A DNA stretch of 64,000 bases, taken from positions 1,536,001-1,600,000 of the forward strand of contig CAWHFW010000005.1 in NCBI GenBank assembly GCA_963828735.1, written 5' to 3'. Below are positions 9,570 through 20,000 of the stretch, one piece after another. Source of the stretch: an uncultured Gemmatimonadales bacterium (GTDB lineage Bacteria; Gemmatimonadota; Gemmatimonadetes; Gemmatimonadales; GWC2-71-9). The notes below the pieces were generated by a model. That model did no database searches, was not told the DNA's origin, and worked only from the letters and a program-made list of their open reading frames with translations. The translations under genes and the position numbers were made by a program. How positions within the stretch are numbered: the stretch's first letter is position 1; each line of letters begins with the position of its first letter.

Positions 9570-10466
9570 ATGAACGCTGACAACATGGTTGGACGGACGG
9601 TGGCCGGGTACCACCTCGCGGAGTACATCGGCGAGGGTGGCACGGCTACGGTGTACCGCGCGGAGCACCCCGAGCGCGGGCGCGCCGCGGTCAAGATCCT
9701 GCGGCCGCGCCTGGCGCAGGATCCGATCGCGGTCAAGCGGTTCCTGCGAGAGGCCGAGTACGGCGCCCGGGTCCGTCATCCCAACATCGTCCAGACCTAC
9801 GACTACGGCGCCACCGACGGATTGCACTATCTCGCGCTCGAGTGGGCCCAGGGCGAGCCGCTGGCCGAATTCATCAATCGCTCGGGCAAACTGGCCCCGC
9901 CGCTCGTGGCCACGATCGTCGAGCAGTTGGGCGCGGCCCTCGCCTCCGCTCACAAGGCCGGAATCATCCATCGGGACCTCAAGCCCGCGAACATCATGTA
10001 CGATCCCGCGACGCAGACGGCCAAGCTGCTCGACTTCGGGATCGCGCGAGACGCGGAGCTCAACCCCGAGGAGCGGCTCACGCGCGCGGGGTTCTTCGTT
10101 GGCACGCTCCAGTACGTGGCGCCGGAGACGCTGAGCGGCGAGCTGGTGAACGAGCAGGCCGACGTCTACAGCTTGGCGACGATCGCCTACTACATGCTCA
10201 CGCAGGAACTCCCGTTCACCGGCAAGAGCCCTAGGGAGTTGTTCCAGCAACTACTCACACAGCCACCAGTGGCTCTCAATCAAGCTGTTAAGGGACTTCG
10301 CTTTCCGGGCCCGATCGAGGCCGCCGTCATGCGCGGCCTGGACCGCGATTTGAGTAAGCGTTCCAAGACGGTGGACGAATTCGCCGCGGACTTGTGCACG
10401 GCGGTACGGCAGGGCGGGGGAAAGCGAGGCTTCCTGTCCTCGCTGTTCGGCAAGGGCGGGGAGTGA
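9570..10466 (+). CDS. Hanks-type Ser/Thr protein kinase, soluble catalytic domain only
   Basis: IGEGGTATVY, AAVK, HRDLKPAN, DFG, YVAPE, DVYSL. Confidence 0.95.
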   Translation: MNADNMVGRTVAGYHLAEYIGEGGTATVYRAEHPERGRAAVKILRPRLAQDPIAVKRFLREAEYGARVRHPNIVQTYDYGATDGLHYLALEWAQGEPLAEFINRSGKLAPPLVATIVEQLGAALASAHKAGIIHRDLKPANIMYDPATQTAKLLDFGIARDAELNPEERLTRAGFFVGTLQYVAPETLSGELVNEQADVYSLATIAYYMLTQELPFTGKSPRELFQQLLTQPPVALNQAVKGLRFPGPIEAAVMRGLDRDLSKRSKTVDEFAADLCTAVRQGGGKRGFLSSLFGKGGE

Positions 10467-11032
10467 CCGACGCAGACCAGCTTCGGCGCCTCCTGCTCGA
10501 GCGATCGGTTCGTCGTGGAGACTTCGTTCTCGCCTCGGGGCAACGCTCCTCCTACTACATAGACTGCCGCCTCACCACCATGAGCGCCGAGGGTCAGGTG
10601 CTCATCGGACGCCTCGGGCTGGCGGCCATCACAGCCGCCGGCTGGCGCCCGTGCGCGATCGGTGGCATGACGATGGGGGCAGACCCCGTCGCCTACGCGA
10701 TCGCGGCCGCGAGCTGGGGGACGCCAGCGGTCATCGACGCCTTCAGCGTGCGGAAAGAGGCGAAGGGCCATGGGATGGGGCAATTGATCGAGGGGAACTT
10801 CCGCACCGGGGACGAGGTGGTCGTCGTAGAGGACGTGATCACCTCAGGTGGGTCGGCTCGCAAGGCCATCGAGGCAGTCGAGGCCGCCGGCGGCCGGGTC
10901 TTGGGCGTCCTAGCGGTCGTGGATCGCGAGCAGGGCGGTCGAGAAGCGCTGGTGCAAGCCGGTCACAGCGTAGTATCTATTACAACCCCTACAGCACTCG
11001 GGCTTCTATCAGGAGAAGCGAAGGAGGTTTGA
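10463..11032 (+). CDS. pyrE: Orotate phosphoribosyltransferase
   Basis: GDFVLASGQRSSYYIDCR, VRKEAKGHG, PRPP motif VVVVEDVITSGGS; GTG start overlaps kinase stop (GTGA). Confidence 0.95.
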   Translation: MTDADQLRRLLLERSVRRGDFVLASGQRSSYYIDCRLTTMSAEGQVLIGRLGLAAITAAGWRPCAIGGMTMGADPVAYAIAAASWGTPAVIDAFSVRKEAKGHGMGQLIEGNFRTGDEVVVVEDVITSGGSARKAIEAVEAAGGRVLGVLAVVDREQGGREALVQAGHSVVSITTPTALGLLSGEAKEV

Positions 11033-11156
11033 GGCTGGCGGCCGGTCGCCGCCGACCCTCCTGCGAGCCCAACCGCGGAGATCTTGATCCAGGCGCGCAC
11101 GGCCCAGTCGTCGGGACACGACCGCGCCAAGTAGGCCTCAGCCCTCTCCCACCGAC

Positions 11157-13394
11157 TCAGGTCAGCTCGATCCGCACCTGCAGCGCGTCACCGTCCACAC
11201 TCAGAAGGTTCGCAAGGGTGCGCGCGCCATGCCGCCTGAACTGGAGGGCCACGCGTGAGCCGCCGATGGCAAGCCCGGATACCGTGAGCTCGCTCAGAAA
11301 ATCCGGCAGCACCGGATTACGCACATGGAGGATGCGGGCCGGCGCCTCGGCATATATCCCGAGGAGCGCCTGGAGCAGCATGAACAGCGAACCTGACGCC
11401 CACGCCTGTGGGGAGCAGCTCACTGGGTAGTTGACCGGCCGAGCCCCGCCTTGACGGGTCATGCCGCAATACAGCTCGGGCAGTCGCTGGAACTCGCCCT
11501 GCACGCCCGCCTCGTAGATCGCGCGAACGATGGGAAGCGCCGCCCGCGCGTGGCCGTGGAGCGCCATGCCCAGCACCAGGATCGCGTTGTCGTGCGGCCA
11601 GATCGAGCCGTTGTGATAGCTCATCGGGTTGAAGACTTGGTGCGCGGCACTCAGGGTACGAACTCCCCAGCCCGAAAAGAAGTCGGGCTCGAGCAGCCGT
11701 GCCGAGAGACGGCGGGCCATGTCCGGGGTCGGCACCCGGCTCCAGAGCAGGTGGCCGGCGTTGCTGGTGGACGTCGGAATCGGCCGCTTCTTGCCATCGA
11801 GCGCGAGGGCGAAGGTGCCCAGCTTGTCCATCCAGAACGCCGCCCGGATCCGGTTCCTGAGCTCGGACGCCTCGCGACGCAGGGCAGCCCCGCGCTCGGG
11901 CTGCCCCAAGTGCCGGTAGAGCTCTGCCATCCGCAGCTTGGCGTCATACACGTAGCCCTGGACTTCGACCAGCGCGATCGGCGGTTCGGGCAGCCGGCCA
12001 TCGGGGAAGGGGACTCCGTCGCCCGAATCCTTCCACCCCTGGTTGACCAGCCCCTTCGTCGAGGTCCGGGAGTATTCGACGAATCCATCGCCATCGAGGT
12101 CCCCGTATCGCGCGATCCACTCGAGCGCACGTTCGGCGTGGGGCAGCAGGTCGCGAACGAGCTCGAGATCCCCGGTCCAGCGCCAGGCCTCGTGGAGCAG
12201 GATGAGCCAGAGCGGCGTGGCGTCGATGCTGCCGTAATACGGCACGTGCGGAATCTCGCCGCTTCGGGCCATCTCGCCGCGACGGAGCTCGTGGAGGATC
12301 TTGCCGGGCTGTTCCTCGGTAAAAGCGTCTTCCCGCTGACCCTGACGGCGCGCGAGATAGCGCAGCGTGTCCACTGCGATCCTGGTCTGGAGGGGCAGGG
12401 TTTGCAGCGATGTGATGATGGAGTCCCGGCCGAACACCGTCGAGTACCAAGGGATCCCCGCCGAGATCACGGCGTCTCCATCGACCTCGACGTAGAGGGC
12501 CCGGAGGTCATCGGCGGCGCGGTGCAACAGGCCGTCGAAGGCCGGGACATCGGTCACCCACCGGCTGTTCCCGTCATGCCACGCGCGGTATGCGCGGTCG
12601 AGGTTGACCCGGCTCTCGTCCAGCGCGCGGGGGACCGTGACGACCGGATGGCCGCCGTCCTGAGCGCCTACCTCCCACTCGAGAACGACCGGACGGTCGG
12701 GCTCGAGGCGCACGTTCCACCGCGCGGTCCGATCGGTCAGTCGATCGGGATGTTGCCCGAATCGGGCCATGGTCCGGAGGAGGCGGCCGTCGCGTCCAAG
12801 GTACGCCAGCTCGAGCATGTCGGTCGAGTACCCGGGCGCGAAGTACTGCCCCCGGGCCCCGCGCTGCCAGCCACGCACCTCGAAGATGTCCGCGAAGTCG
12901 CAGCCGAGCGTGAGCTCGATCCAGTAGTCCGTGGGCGCGCCGAGAAAACCCGTGAGAGTCACCCGCTCCGCGAGTCGGTCGTCCAGGACCAGCTCCCGGC
13001 GAATATGGACGACGTTCCTCGGGTCCCAGGGATCTCCCCCGAATGCCACATTGGAGATGGCCAGGTCGATTTGCGCGCCGTACGCCCTCGGGACCTGAGC
13101 CGAGAGCAGGTCGGGAACGCCACCGTGCACCGAGAGGGCGTAGTGGCTCAGGATCCGGGTGTCGTCCTCGAAGAGTCCGAGGGAGCAGACGCCCGCCGGC
13201 GCGATGTTGCCGTGGAGATCGGCGAGCATGAACAGGCGATCGTGCTTGAGCACCAGGCTGCGCTCGGCGAGACGCTCGCTGGCACATTCGAGGGCGGGGT
13301 AGCCCACCGCTTCGACCATCGACACCGGGTGAAGCCCCCGATCAGCGATCTCGGCAACCGCCGTCGGACCTCGCTCCTGCACGCTGCGGCTCAT
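11157..13394 (-). CDS. Amylo-alpha-1,6-glucosidase / glycogen debranching enzyme family
   Basis: AGIPWYSTVFGRDS, EEQPGKILHELR, YYGSIDATPL, NQGWKDSGD, YHNGSIWPHDN, CSPQAW; ATG 13394 overlaps upstream stop. Confidence 0.92.
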   Translation of the reverse strand: MSRSVQERGPTAVAEIADRGLHPVSMVEAVGYPALECASERLAERSLVLKHDRLFMLADLHGNIAPAGVCSLGLFEDDTRILSHYALSVHGGVPDLLSAQVPRAYGAQIDLAISNVAFGGDPWDPRNVVHIRRELVLDDRLAERVTLTGFLGAPTDYWIELTLGCDFADIFEVRGWQRGARGQYFAPGYSTDMLELAYLGRDGRLLRTMARFGQHPDRLTDRTARWNVRLEPDRPVVLEWEVGAQDGGHPVVTVPRALDESRVNLDRAYRAWHDGNSRWVTDVPAFDGLLHRAADDLRALYVEVDGDAVISAGIPWYSTVFGRDSIITSLQTLPLQTRIAVDTLRYLARRQGQREDAFTEEQPGKILHELRRGEMARSGEIPHVPYYGSIDATPLWLILLHEAWRWTGDLELVRDLLPHAERALEWIARYGDLDGDGFVEYSRTSTKGLVNQGWKDSGDGVPFPDGRLPEPPIALVEVQGYVYDAKLRMAELYRHLGQPERGAALRREASELRNRIRAAFWMDKLGTFALALDGKKRPIPTSTSNAGHLLWSRVPTPDMARRLSARLLEPDFFSGWGVRTLSAAHQVFNPMSYHNGSIWPHDNAILVLGMALHGHARAALPIVRAIYEAGVQGEFQRLPELYCGMTRQGGARPVNYPVSCSPQAWASGSLFMLLQALLGIYAEAPARILHVRNPVLPDFLSELTVSGLAIGGSRVALQFRRHGARTLANLLSVDGDALQVRIELT

Positions 13395-14452
13395 GCCGCG
13401 GTGATTGGCCAGCGACCGGCGCGCGTCGTATCCGCAATGATGACCTCGTTGTAGAGACGCTCGTACTCGGCCGCCATCCGCCGGTGGTTGAACCGCGCGA
13501 CCGCCGCCGCCCGGATCGCCCGGCGGCTCAGCTGGTCCACCTCCCCACCGGGCCGGATGAACCGAACCATGTCCTCGAACGATTCGGCGATCAGGCCCGT
13601 GACTCCGTGCTCGACCACCTCGGGCACGCTGCCGCGGCCGAACGCCACGACCGGACACCCGGACAGCATGGCCTCGATGAGAATCAGGCCGAACGGCTCA
13701 TTCCATTCGATGGGGGCGAGCAGGGCGCGTGCGTCGCGGAGCAGCGGCATCTTCTGGAGGCTCCCGATGCAGCCCAGGTAGGTGACATGGCTCCGCCGCA
13801 ACCGGCTCTCCACTTCGAGGCGCCCGAACTCACAATCCCTGGGGTGCACCTCGCCCGCGACCCGGATCGGCACGCCGGCTGCCTGCGCGACATCGATTGC
13901 GGTATGCACCCCCTTCTCCTGCGCAAACCGTCCCACAAAGCACACGTACGGCCCGGGCTGATGGGTCCAACGGAAGCGGGAGGGATCGAGGCCGTGGTGA
14001 ATCACCGTCCGCCGGTTCGCCCCGCATTCCCGCCGGCACTGATCACCCGAGATCGCGACGAACGCCACCTCGGGGAATTGCTCGTAGTACGCCGATAGCT
14101 CGGGATCGTGGGTGTGGTGTAGCGTATATACCATCGGGGTGTCGGGAACGAACCGGCCGAGCGCGAGCGCGGCGGCCGAGTGCGCATGGACGACATCGAA
14201 TTTGTCCTGGGCAACCTGGTGTAGCGACCATGCGGAGTGATTGAGGTCGGCGAACCACCCAGGCGGCCACTGAGCGCTCGGGTAGAGAGAGCAGAGGGGC
14301 GCGCGGGTGCGGGAGTCTCCGGTGGCGAACAGGGTCACCTCATGACCGCGATCCAGCAACCCTTCCACCAATTCATAGACCACCAGCTCGGTCCCCCCGT
14401 AGTGGTGGGGGGGTACCGGCACGAACGGCGTCGAAACCATGGCAATGCGCAT
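13391..14452 (-). CDS. Glycosyltransferase family 4
   Basis: VPPHHYGGTE, GHEVTLFATGDS, WNEPFGLILIEAMLSGCPV; start moved to MRIAMV. Confidence 0.92.
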   Translation of the reverse strand: MRIAMVSTPFVPVPPHHYGGTELVVYELVEGLLDRGHEVTLFATGDSRTRAPLCSLYPSAQWPPGWFADLNHSAWSLHQVAQDKFDVVHAHSAAALALGRFVPDTPMVYTLHHTHDPELSAYYEQFPEVAFVAISGDQCRRECGANRRTVIHHGLDPSRFRWTHQPGPYVCFVGRFAQEKGVHTAIDVAQAAGVPIRVAGEVHPRDCEFGRLEVESRLRRSHVTYLGCIGSLQKMPLLRDARALLAPIEWNEPFGLILIEAMLSGCPVVAFGRGSVPEVVEHGVTGLIAESFEDMVRFIRPGGEVDQLSRRAIRAAAVARFNHRRMAAEYERLYNEVIIADTTRAGRWPITAA

Positions 14453-14732
14453 GCTTCCTACCCAGTCTACTGGCTGAATTTGCTCCGCCACGCCAGCGCC
14501 GGCGAGTCCCGGCACGCGGCGTTGCGCGCATGGTACAGTTACACCGTCGGACCGCGTGCGGCAACCGCGCCACCATCATTGGCATGGTGCTCCGCGTCAC
14601 GTCTCGGACCGGAGCGTGCGCCCACACCGCGAGCCTCCGTCTCCATGCTGTGCCAGCCATACCGTACGCACTCGATGATCATTCCCGGTGCCAGGAGATA
14701 CCATGGTCCCGCCCCGTTGCTCCGTCCCGCGA

Positions 14733-15245
14733 ATGATCTCCCTCCTCCTGTCGCTGATCGGCCTTCCCTGTGCGGCGCCCCTGCCGGCTCAGGCGGCGGC
14801 GGGCAAGCCCCCCACCTGCGACGCCCCGCAGCATAGGCAACTCGATTTCTGGGTCGGGAGCTGGGACGTGACGATGAAGGGGCAACCGGCGGGGACCAAC
14901 GTCGTCACCCTCGAAGAACAGGGCTGCCTGGTCCATGAGCATTGGACCGGCGCGCGGGGCGGCACAGGCCAGAGCTTCAATTTCTTCAATCGCGACGACG
15001 GGCAGTGGCACCAGGTCTGGGTCTCAAGCACCGGGAGCGTGCTGGACCTGGCTGGGCGGTACGCCGACGGCACCTTGACCTACCTGGGCCAGAACCGACA
15101 GCCTGACGGCACCACCCTGCGGCATCGACTCAGCTTCCACGCCAACCCTGACGGTACCGTACGCCAGCTCTGGGAGACGTCATCGGACAACGGGGCCACG
15201 TGGGCCACCAGCTTCGACGGCCTCTACCGCAAGCAAAAGACCTGA
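14733..15245 (+). CDS. Secreted hypothetical protein (DUF1579-like beta-barrel)
   Basis: Signal peptide; QLDFWVGSWDV, WHQVWV, WETSSDNGATW. Confidence 0.7.
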   Translation: MISLLLSLIGLPCAAPLPAQAAAGKPPTCDAPQHRQLDFWVGSWDVTMKGQPAGTNVVTLEEQGCLVHEHWTGARGGTGQSFNFFNRDDGQWHQVWVSSTGSVLDLAGRYADGTLTYLGQNRQPDGTTLRHRLSFHANPDGTVRQLWETSSDNGATWATSFDGLYRKQKT

Positions 15246-15367
15246 GGCGTCCCGCCCCCCGGGGGCTGGGGCCAAATCTCGACCGTGGCCCGCCGCTGGA
15301 TCGCAGCCTACCCGGCGGCACACCTCCGCAGTACCTTCCCCTCTCCCGATCCACCTCCGCCTCAGCC

Positions 15368-18298
15368 ATGTCATCAGCCAAGCTCCGGCCGGTCCTGGCC
15401 CTTTTCCTCGCAGTGGTCACGCCGAGGATCGCGAAAGCGCAGTCACCGAGCGCGGCGTCCATCGTGCGTGCGGCTGAGCACGCCGTCCAGGACGACAGCG
15501 TTCAGGCGGTCACGGCTCGGTGGCGGGCTGCCCTGGCACGCGACAGCGCCGACCGGGCGGCAGCGCTGGGCCTCGCCACGATCGCGCGCCAGACGTACGA
15601 CTTCGGGGCCGCCGAGCGCTTGCTGAACGGCCTGCTGACGCGGAGTGGGCCCGCGAGCGACGAGTGGACGGTTCACGCTCGTCTTGGTCAATACCGCGTT
15701 GCCAACGCCACGGGCGATGTCCGCAAGGCCGACTCGCTGCTTCGGATCGCGATCGTCGAGGCGCGCCGGGTGGGCGACCGTTCCGCGGAGGTTGCAGCAC
15801 TCATCGGCTTCACGAACACACGAAGCGCAAACGCCGACGCCCTGTTTGCCACCCTGGATACTGTCTTGCCGCTCCTGCCGCCGGGGGATGGACGGGACCG
15901 CGCCGAGTATCTCTGCCGGCGCGGCCTCTACCAAGGCGTTCGAGGCGATTCGGGGGCCTCGTCGGCCGTCCTGCGGGGGATCGCGATGGCCGAGCGGACC
16001 GGGGAGCGCCAGCTCGCCGGCCACTGCCTGGAGGCGGAGGGACTACTCGAGAGCTTCCGCAATCACAACGATTCGGCCTTGGCCACCATGGATCGCGCGC
16101 TGGAACTCCTCCGGGCTACACATGAGCACGCCGGGATCGCACGACTCGAGTCGAGACGGAGCGACATCCTGCAGGCATCCGGCCGGCTCGGCGAGGCGAA
16201 GGTCGCGCTCGGAGAGGTGCTGACCCACGCCACGATCTCGAAGAATCTCCAGCGCTTGAGCAACGCCTACGGCGGCATGGGCATGCTCGCGCTCCGGGTG
16301 GGCGACCTCACGACCGCAGCCGACTACTTCGGTCGGGCAGCGGCGCTCAACGATTCGCTCGGCTTGACCGAAGCCAAGCTGATCGCGGAAGCGAATAGGG
16401 GCGAGGTACTGGCGGCCTCTGGTGATCTCGAGGATGCGCGCGCCGCGTTCGAGCGGGTGATCGCTGAGGCGACCAGAGGGGACTTCTTCGAGCGGGTGGT
16501 CCTCATGCGACAGGCGCTCGCGCGGGTCGCCATTCGCCGCGGAGATTGGGCCGAGGCAACCCGTGAGCTGGCCACCGCCGATTCGGCCGCCCGCTCGCGA
16601 GGCTTCCAGGACATGCGCGGACCGATCGCCTACGACCGCGGCCGTCTGGCGCTGGGGCAGGGCGACGCTCGCGGGGCTGCCCGCCTGTTCGAAAGTTTCC
16701 TTCGCGGGACGGACCCGGAGGACCACCTCATTCGGTACACCGTCCGGACCAGGCTCGCGCAGGCCTGGGCGGCGGCGGGCGCGCTCGAGCGTGCCGAGGG
16801 TGAGCTCGACCAGGCGAGCGGCGAGCTCGAGCGATGGCGCGCCTCCCTGGGCGCGGCCGAGCTTCGTCGCTACGCGTTCGCCGCGACGGCGCTCGGCGAG
16901 TACGACCCACAGGGACCCGCTTCCAGCGTCATCGCGGCGCTCGCGCGCGGAGGACGCGCGGAAGCGGCGTTTACCTTGGCCGAGCGACGGCGGGCGCGGA
17001 CGCTGGCCGACCGGCTCACTCAGGCGGATGCCCTGCGCGAGTCCGGCGCCGCCCCGGCGGCGCATCGCGATCGGCCGGCGACGGCGGCGGAGATCGCGAA
17101 CGCACTGCCCGAGGGAACCGCACTGGTAGAGTACGTCGCCGGCAGCGAAGGCGCCCCGACGACCGCCTTCGTCGTGACGCGGCGTAGCGTCGAGGCCCGC
17201 CTGCTGCCGACGGCCGACTCGCTCGCCCGTCCGATCGAGCGGTTCGCGGCGCTGCTCGAGAGCGGCGCAGCGGCAGACAAGCTGGCTGGAACGCTTGGGG
17301 CGACCGTCCTCGGGCCGGTGGCCCCGCTGATCCCGGCGGAGGCGACGCGGCTCATGGTCGTGCCCGACGGTCCGCTCCACCGGGTGGCCTTCGACGCGCT
17401 GGTGCTTCCCGACGGACGCCGCGCCGTCGAGCGATGGGCCGTGGGCTTGGCACCCTCGGCCGCCATCGCGACGGTGCTCCGCCAGCGCGGACGCGACGAT
17501 TCCTCCGCGCCCCGGCTGCTCGCGATGGGCGACCCCTCCTTCGCCAACGAGCGCGGAACCGGCCCGACGCGTGAGGCCGATCTCTTCCGCGGGGCTTTCG
17601 ATGCCACCGGCGGCCTGCCGCGGCTCGCCGCGAGCGGGGACGAGGCGCGCGATGTCGCGCGCTTCGCGGCGGAGTCCGAGGTACGGCTTCGCGCCGACGC
17701 GAGCGAGGCGTGGCTCAAGCGCGCATCGGTCGAACGGTACCGCGTGATCCACCTGGCCACGCATGCCCTGGTGGACGAGAGCTCGCTCGCGCGCACGTCG
17801 CTCGCCCTGGCGCCCGGGGCAGGGGAGGATGGCTTCGTGTCGCCGGCCGACATCTCCGCGCTCCGTCTCCACGCGGATCTCGTCGTGCTGTCGGCCTGCC
17901 GAACCGCCGGCGGCGTGATGGTGTCGGGCGAGGGGCTGCAAGGTCTCACCACCCCTCTGCTCGAAGCGGGAGCGCGCTCGGTGATCGCGACCCAGTGGCG
18001 GATTGGCGACCGAAGTACGGTTCAGCTGGTCCATGACCTGTACGATGGGCTGGCACGCGGCGCGCCGGTGGGCGATGCGCTCCGCGCGGCGAAGCTCGCG
18101 GCCATCCGCCGTGGCGCACCGGCGAGCGAATGGGCCGGGTTCACGGTGGTCGGGGATCCCTCGGTCGCGATCCCCCTGCGGGAGCCCCCACCGGCGTCGA
18201 GGTTGTGGATGATCCTGGGCGCGATCACGCTCGTCGGCGCTGCCTGCCTTGCCCTCCGGCGCCGCCGCGGCTCAGCCTCGTCGGCCGCCGCGCTGTGA
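15368..18298 (+). CDS. TPR-CHAT (caspase-HetF-like) protease with signal peptide and C-terminal membrane anchor
   Basis: Helical TPR-like repeats; VPDGPLHRVAF, catalytic HLATHA and LSACRT, QWRIGD, WAGF; C-terminal LWMILGAITLVGAACLAL-RRRR. Confidence 0.9.
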   Translation: MSSAKLRPVLALFLAVVTPRIAKAQSPSAASIVRAAEHAVQDDSVQAVTARWRAALARDSADRAAALGLATIARQTYDFGAAERLLNGLLTRSGPASDEWTVHARLGQYRVANATGDVRKADSLLRIAIVEARRVGDRSAEVAALIGFTNTRSANADALFATLDTVLPLLPPGDGRDRAEYLCRRGLYQGVRGDSGASSAVLRGIAMAERTGERQLAGHCLEAEGLLESFRNHNDSALATMDRALELLRATHEHAGIARLESRRSDILQASGRLGEAKVALGEVLTHATISKNLQRLSNAYGGMGMLALRVGDLTTAADYFGRAAALNDSLGLTEAKLIAEANRGEVLAASGDLEDARAAFERVIAEATRGDFFERVVLMRQALARVAIRRGDWAEATRELATADSAARSRGFQDMRGPIAYDRGRLALGQGDARGAARLFESFLRGTDPEDHLIRYTVRTRLAQAWAAAGALERAEGELDQASGELERWRASLGAAELRRYAFAATALGEYDPQGPASSVIAALARGGRAEAAFTLAERRRARTLADRLTQADALRESGAAPAAHRDRPATAAEIANALPEGTALVEYVAGSEGAPTTAFVVTRRSVEARLLPTADSLARPIERFAALLESGAAADKLAGTLGATVLGPVAPLIPAEATRLMVVPDGPLHRVAFDALVLPDGRRAVERWAVGLAPSAAIATVLRQRGRDDSSAPRLLAMGDPSFANERGTGPTREADLFRGAFDATGGLPRLAASGDEARDVARFAAESEVRLRADASEAWLKRASVERYRVIHLATHALVDESSLARTSLALAPGAGEDGFVSPADISALRLHADLVVLSACRTAGGVMVSGEGLQGLTTPLLEAGARSVIATQWRIGDRSTVQLVHDLYDGLARGAPVGDALRAAKLAAIRRGAPASEWAGFTVVGDPSVAIPLREPPPASRLWMILGAITLVGAACLALRRRRGSASSAAAL

Positions 18299-19981
18299 GA
18301 GCTCCGGGAAATCCCGATCCCAGAACTCCATGGCTCCCCGCTCGCCATCCTTTCGTCGGCCTGCCTCCAACCTTCGAAGCTCGACCCGCCTGATCTTCCC
18401 CGAGATCGTCTTGGGGAGCTCGGCGAACTCGATGCAGTGAATCCGCTTGTAGCGGGGTAACCGTTCGCGGAGAAAGCGGAACAGTGCCAGGGCGAGCTCG
18501 CGAGAGGGGCGCACATTCCCACGGCACGCGATGAACGCCTTGGGAACGCTGAGCCGGACCGGGTCGGGGCTCGGCACCACGGCCGCCTCCGCGACGTCGG
18601 GATGCTCGACGATCGCGCTTTCGAGCTCGAACGGGCTGATGCGATAGTCCGAGCTCTTGAAGACGTCATCCGCTCGGCCCACGTAGGTGATGTACCCGTC
18701 GGCATCCCGAACCGCCACGTCCCCGGTGCGGTAGTAAGCGCCACGCGTCGCGTCCGCCGCGCGGGACTCGTCGTCCAGGTAACCTGCCATCAGGCCGAGT
18801 GGCGGCGGCGCGAGCGGAAGGGCGATCTCACCCTCGTCCGCCTCATTTCCGTGCTCGTCGAGCAGGGCCACGCGGTATCCCGGAAGCGGCCGCCCCATCG
18901 AGCCCGGCTTTACGACCTGTCCCGGAGAGTTTCCGACCTGTGCCGTTGTTTCCGTCTGGCCGTACCCGTCACGGATCGTGAGGCCCCAAGCGCGCCGCAC
19001 CCGCTCGATGACCTCGGGATTCAGGGGTTCACCCGCTCCCACGACCTCCCGCAAAGCGACCCGAAAGGCGGCCAAGTCCTCACCGACCAGCATCCGCCAT
19101 ACGGTCGGAGGCGCGCAGAGCGTGGTCACGCCGCAGCGAACGATCGTCTCCAGCGTCCTCCGCGGGTCGAATCGAGCGTAGTTGTAGGCGAAAACGGTAG
19201 CGCCCGCGTTCCACGGCGCGAAGGTGCTGCTCCACGCGTGCTTGGCCCACCCTGGCGAGCTGATGTTCCAATGGATGTCGCCCTCGCGCAGGCCGATCCA
19301 GTACATCGTGGAAAGGTGGCCCACTGGATAGCTCTGGTGCGTGTGGAGGACGAGCTTGGGCCGTGCGGTGGTGCCGGAGGTGAAGTAGAGGAGCAGGGGA
19401 TCGCCGGCGTGAGTGTCGGAGTCGGGCGCATACGTGGCGGGCTCGCGATCCGCCTCGTCGAAAGCGGTCCACCCCGGCTGCGCCGCGCCTACCACGAGCC
19501 GGGTCCACCGTCCGCCCTGGTCCTGCAGCTTCTCCGCTCCCTCCGCATCCGTCACGACATGGCGAATCTCACCGCGAGCCATCCGGTCCGCGAGATCCTC
19601 CTTGCCGAGCTGCGTCGTGCTCGGCACGAGAACCACGCCGAGCTTCATGGCGCCGAGCAGGATCTCCCACAATGGCGCCATGTTGGGAAGCATGAGCAGC
19701 AGGCGATCGCCGCGCCGCGCGCCGAGCCGGCGCAGGAAATTGGCGACACGGTTGCTCCGCGCCGACAGGTCTGCGAACGAGAAGGCGACATCCGGCCCAT
19801 CATCCTGGACCAGCCAGAGCGCGCGACGAGCGTTGCCGGCCGCATAGAGGTCGAACCAGTCCAGCGCCCAATTGAACCGGTCGAGATCCGGCCAACGAAA
19901 GTCCCGGCAGGCGTCGTCATACCGCTCGCGCCGAGCGAGCAGGGCCTCGCGTGCGTCGAAGAAGGCTTGTGCCGCACCCAT
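18272..19981 (-). CDS. Acyl-CoA synthetase (AMP-forming, acetate/medium-chain type)
   Basis: YFTSGTTARPK, GYGQTE, YRTGD, GRADDVFK, LPKTISGKIRR. Confidence 0.93.
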   Translation of the reverse strand: MGAAQAFFDAREALLARRERYDDACRDFRWPDLDRFNWALDWFDLYAAGNARRALWLVQDDGPDVAFSFADLSARSNRVANFLRRLGARRGDRLLLMLPNMAPLWEILLGAMKLGVVLVPSTTQLGKEDLADRMARGEIRHVVTDAEGAEKLQDQGGRWTRLVVGAAQPGWTAFDEADREPATYAPDSDTHAGDPLLLYFTSGTTARPKLVLHTHQSYPVGHLSTMYWIGLREGDIHWNISSPGWAKHAWSSTFAPWNAGATVFAYNYARFDPRRTLETIVRCGVTTLCAPPTVWRMLVGEDLAAFRVALREVVGAGEPLNPEVIERVRRAWGLTIRDGYGQTETTAQVGNSPGQVVKPGSMGRPLPGYRVALLDEHGNEADEGEIALPLAPPPLGLMAGYLDDESRAADATRGAYYRTGDVAVRDADGYITYVGRADDVFKSSDYRISPFELESAIVEHPDVAEAAVVPSPDPVRLSVPKAFIACRGNVRPSRELALALFRFLRERLPRYKRIHCIEFAELPKTISGKIRRVELRRLEAGRRKDGERGAMEFWDRDFPELSQRGGRRG

Positions 19982-20000
19982 CTGCCTTACTCCAGGTGGG

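Noticed and set aside
14556..14572. Sigma54-like TGGCGC-N5-CCGC upstream of the GT4 gene (minus strand)
   Set aside because: Lacks the TT of the -12 element; easily arises by chance at high GC
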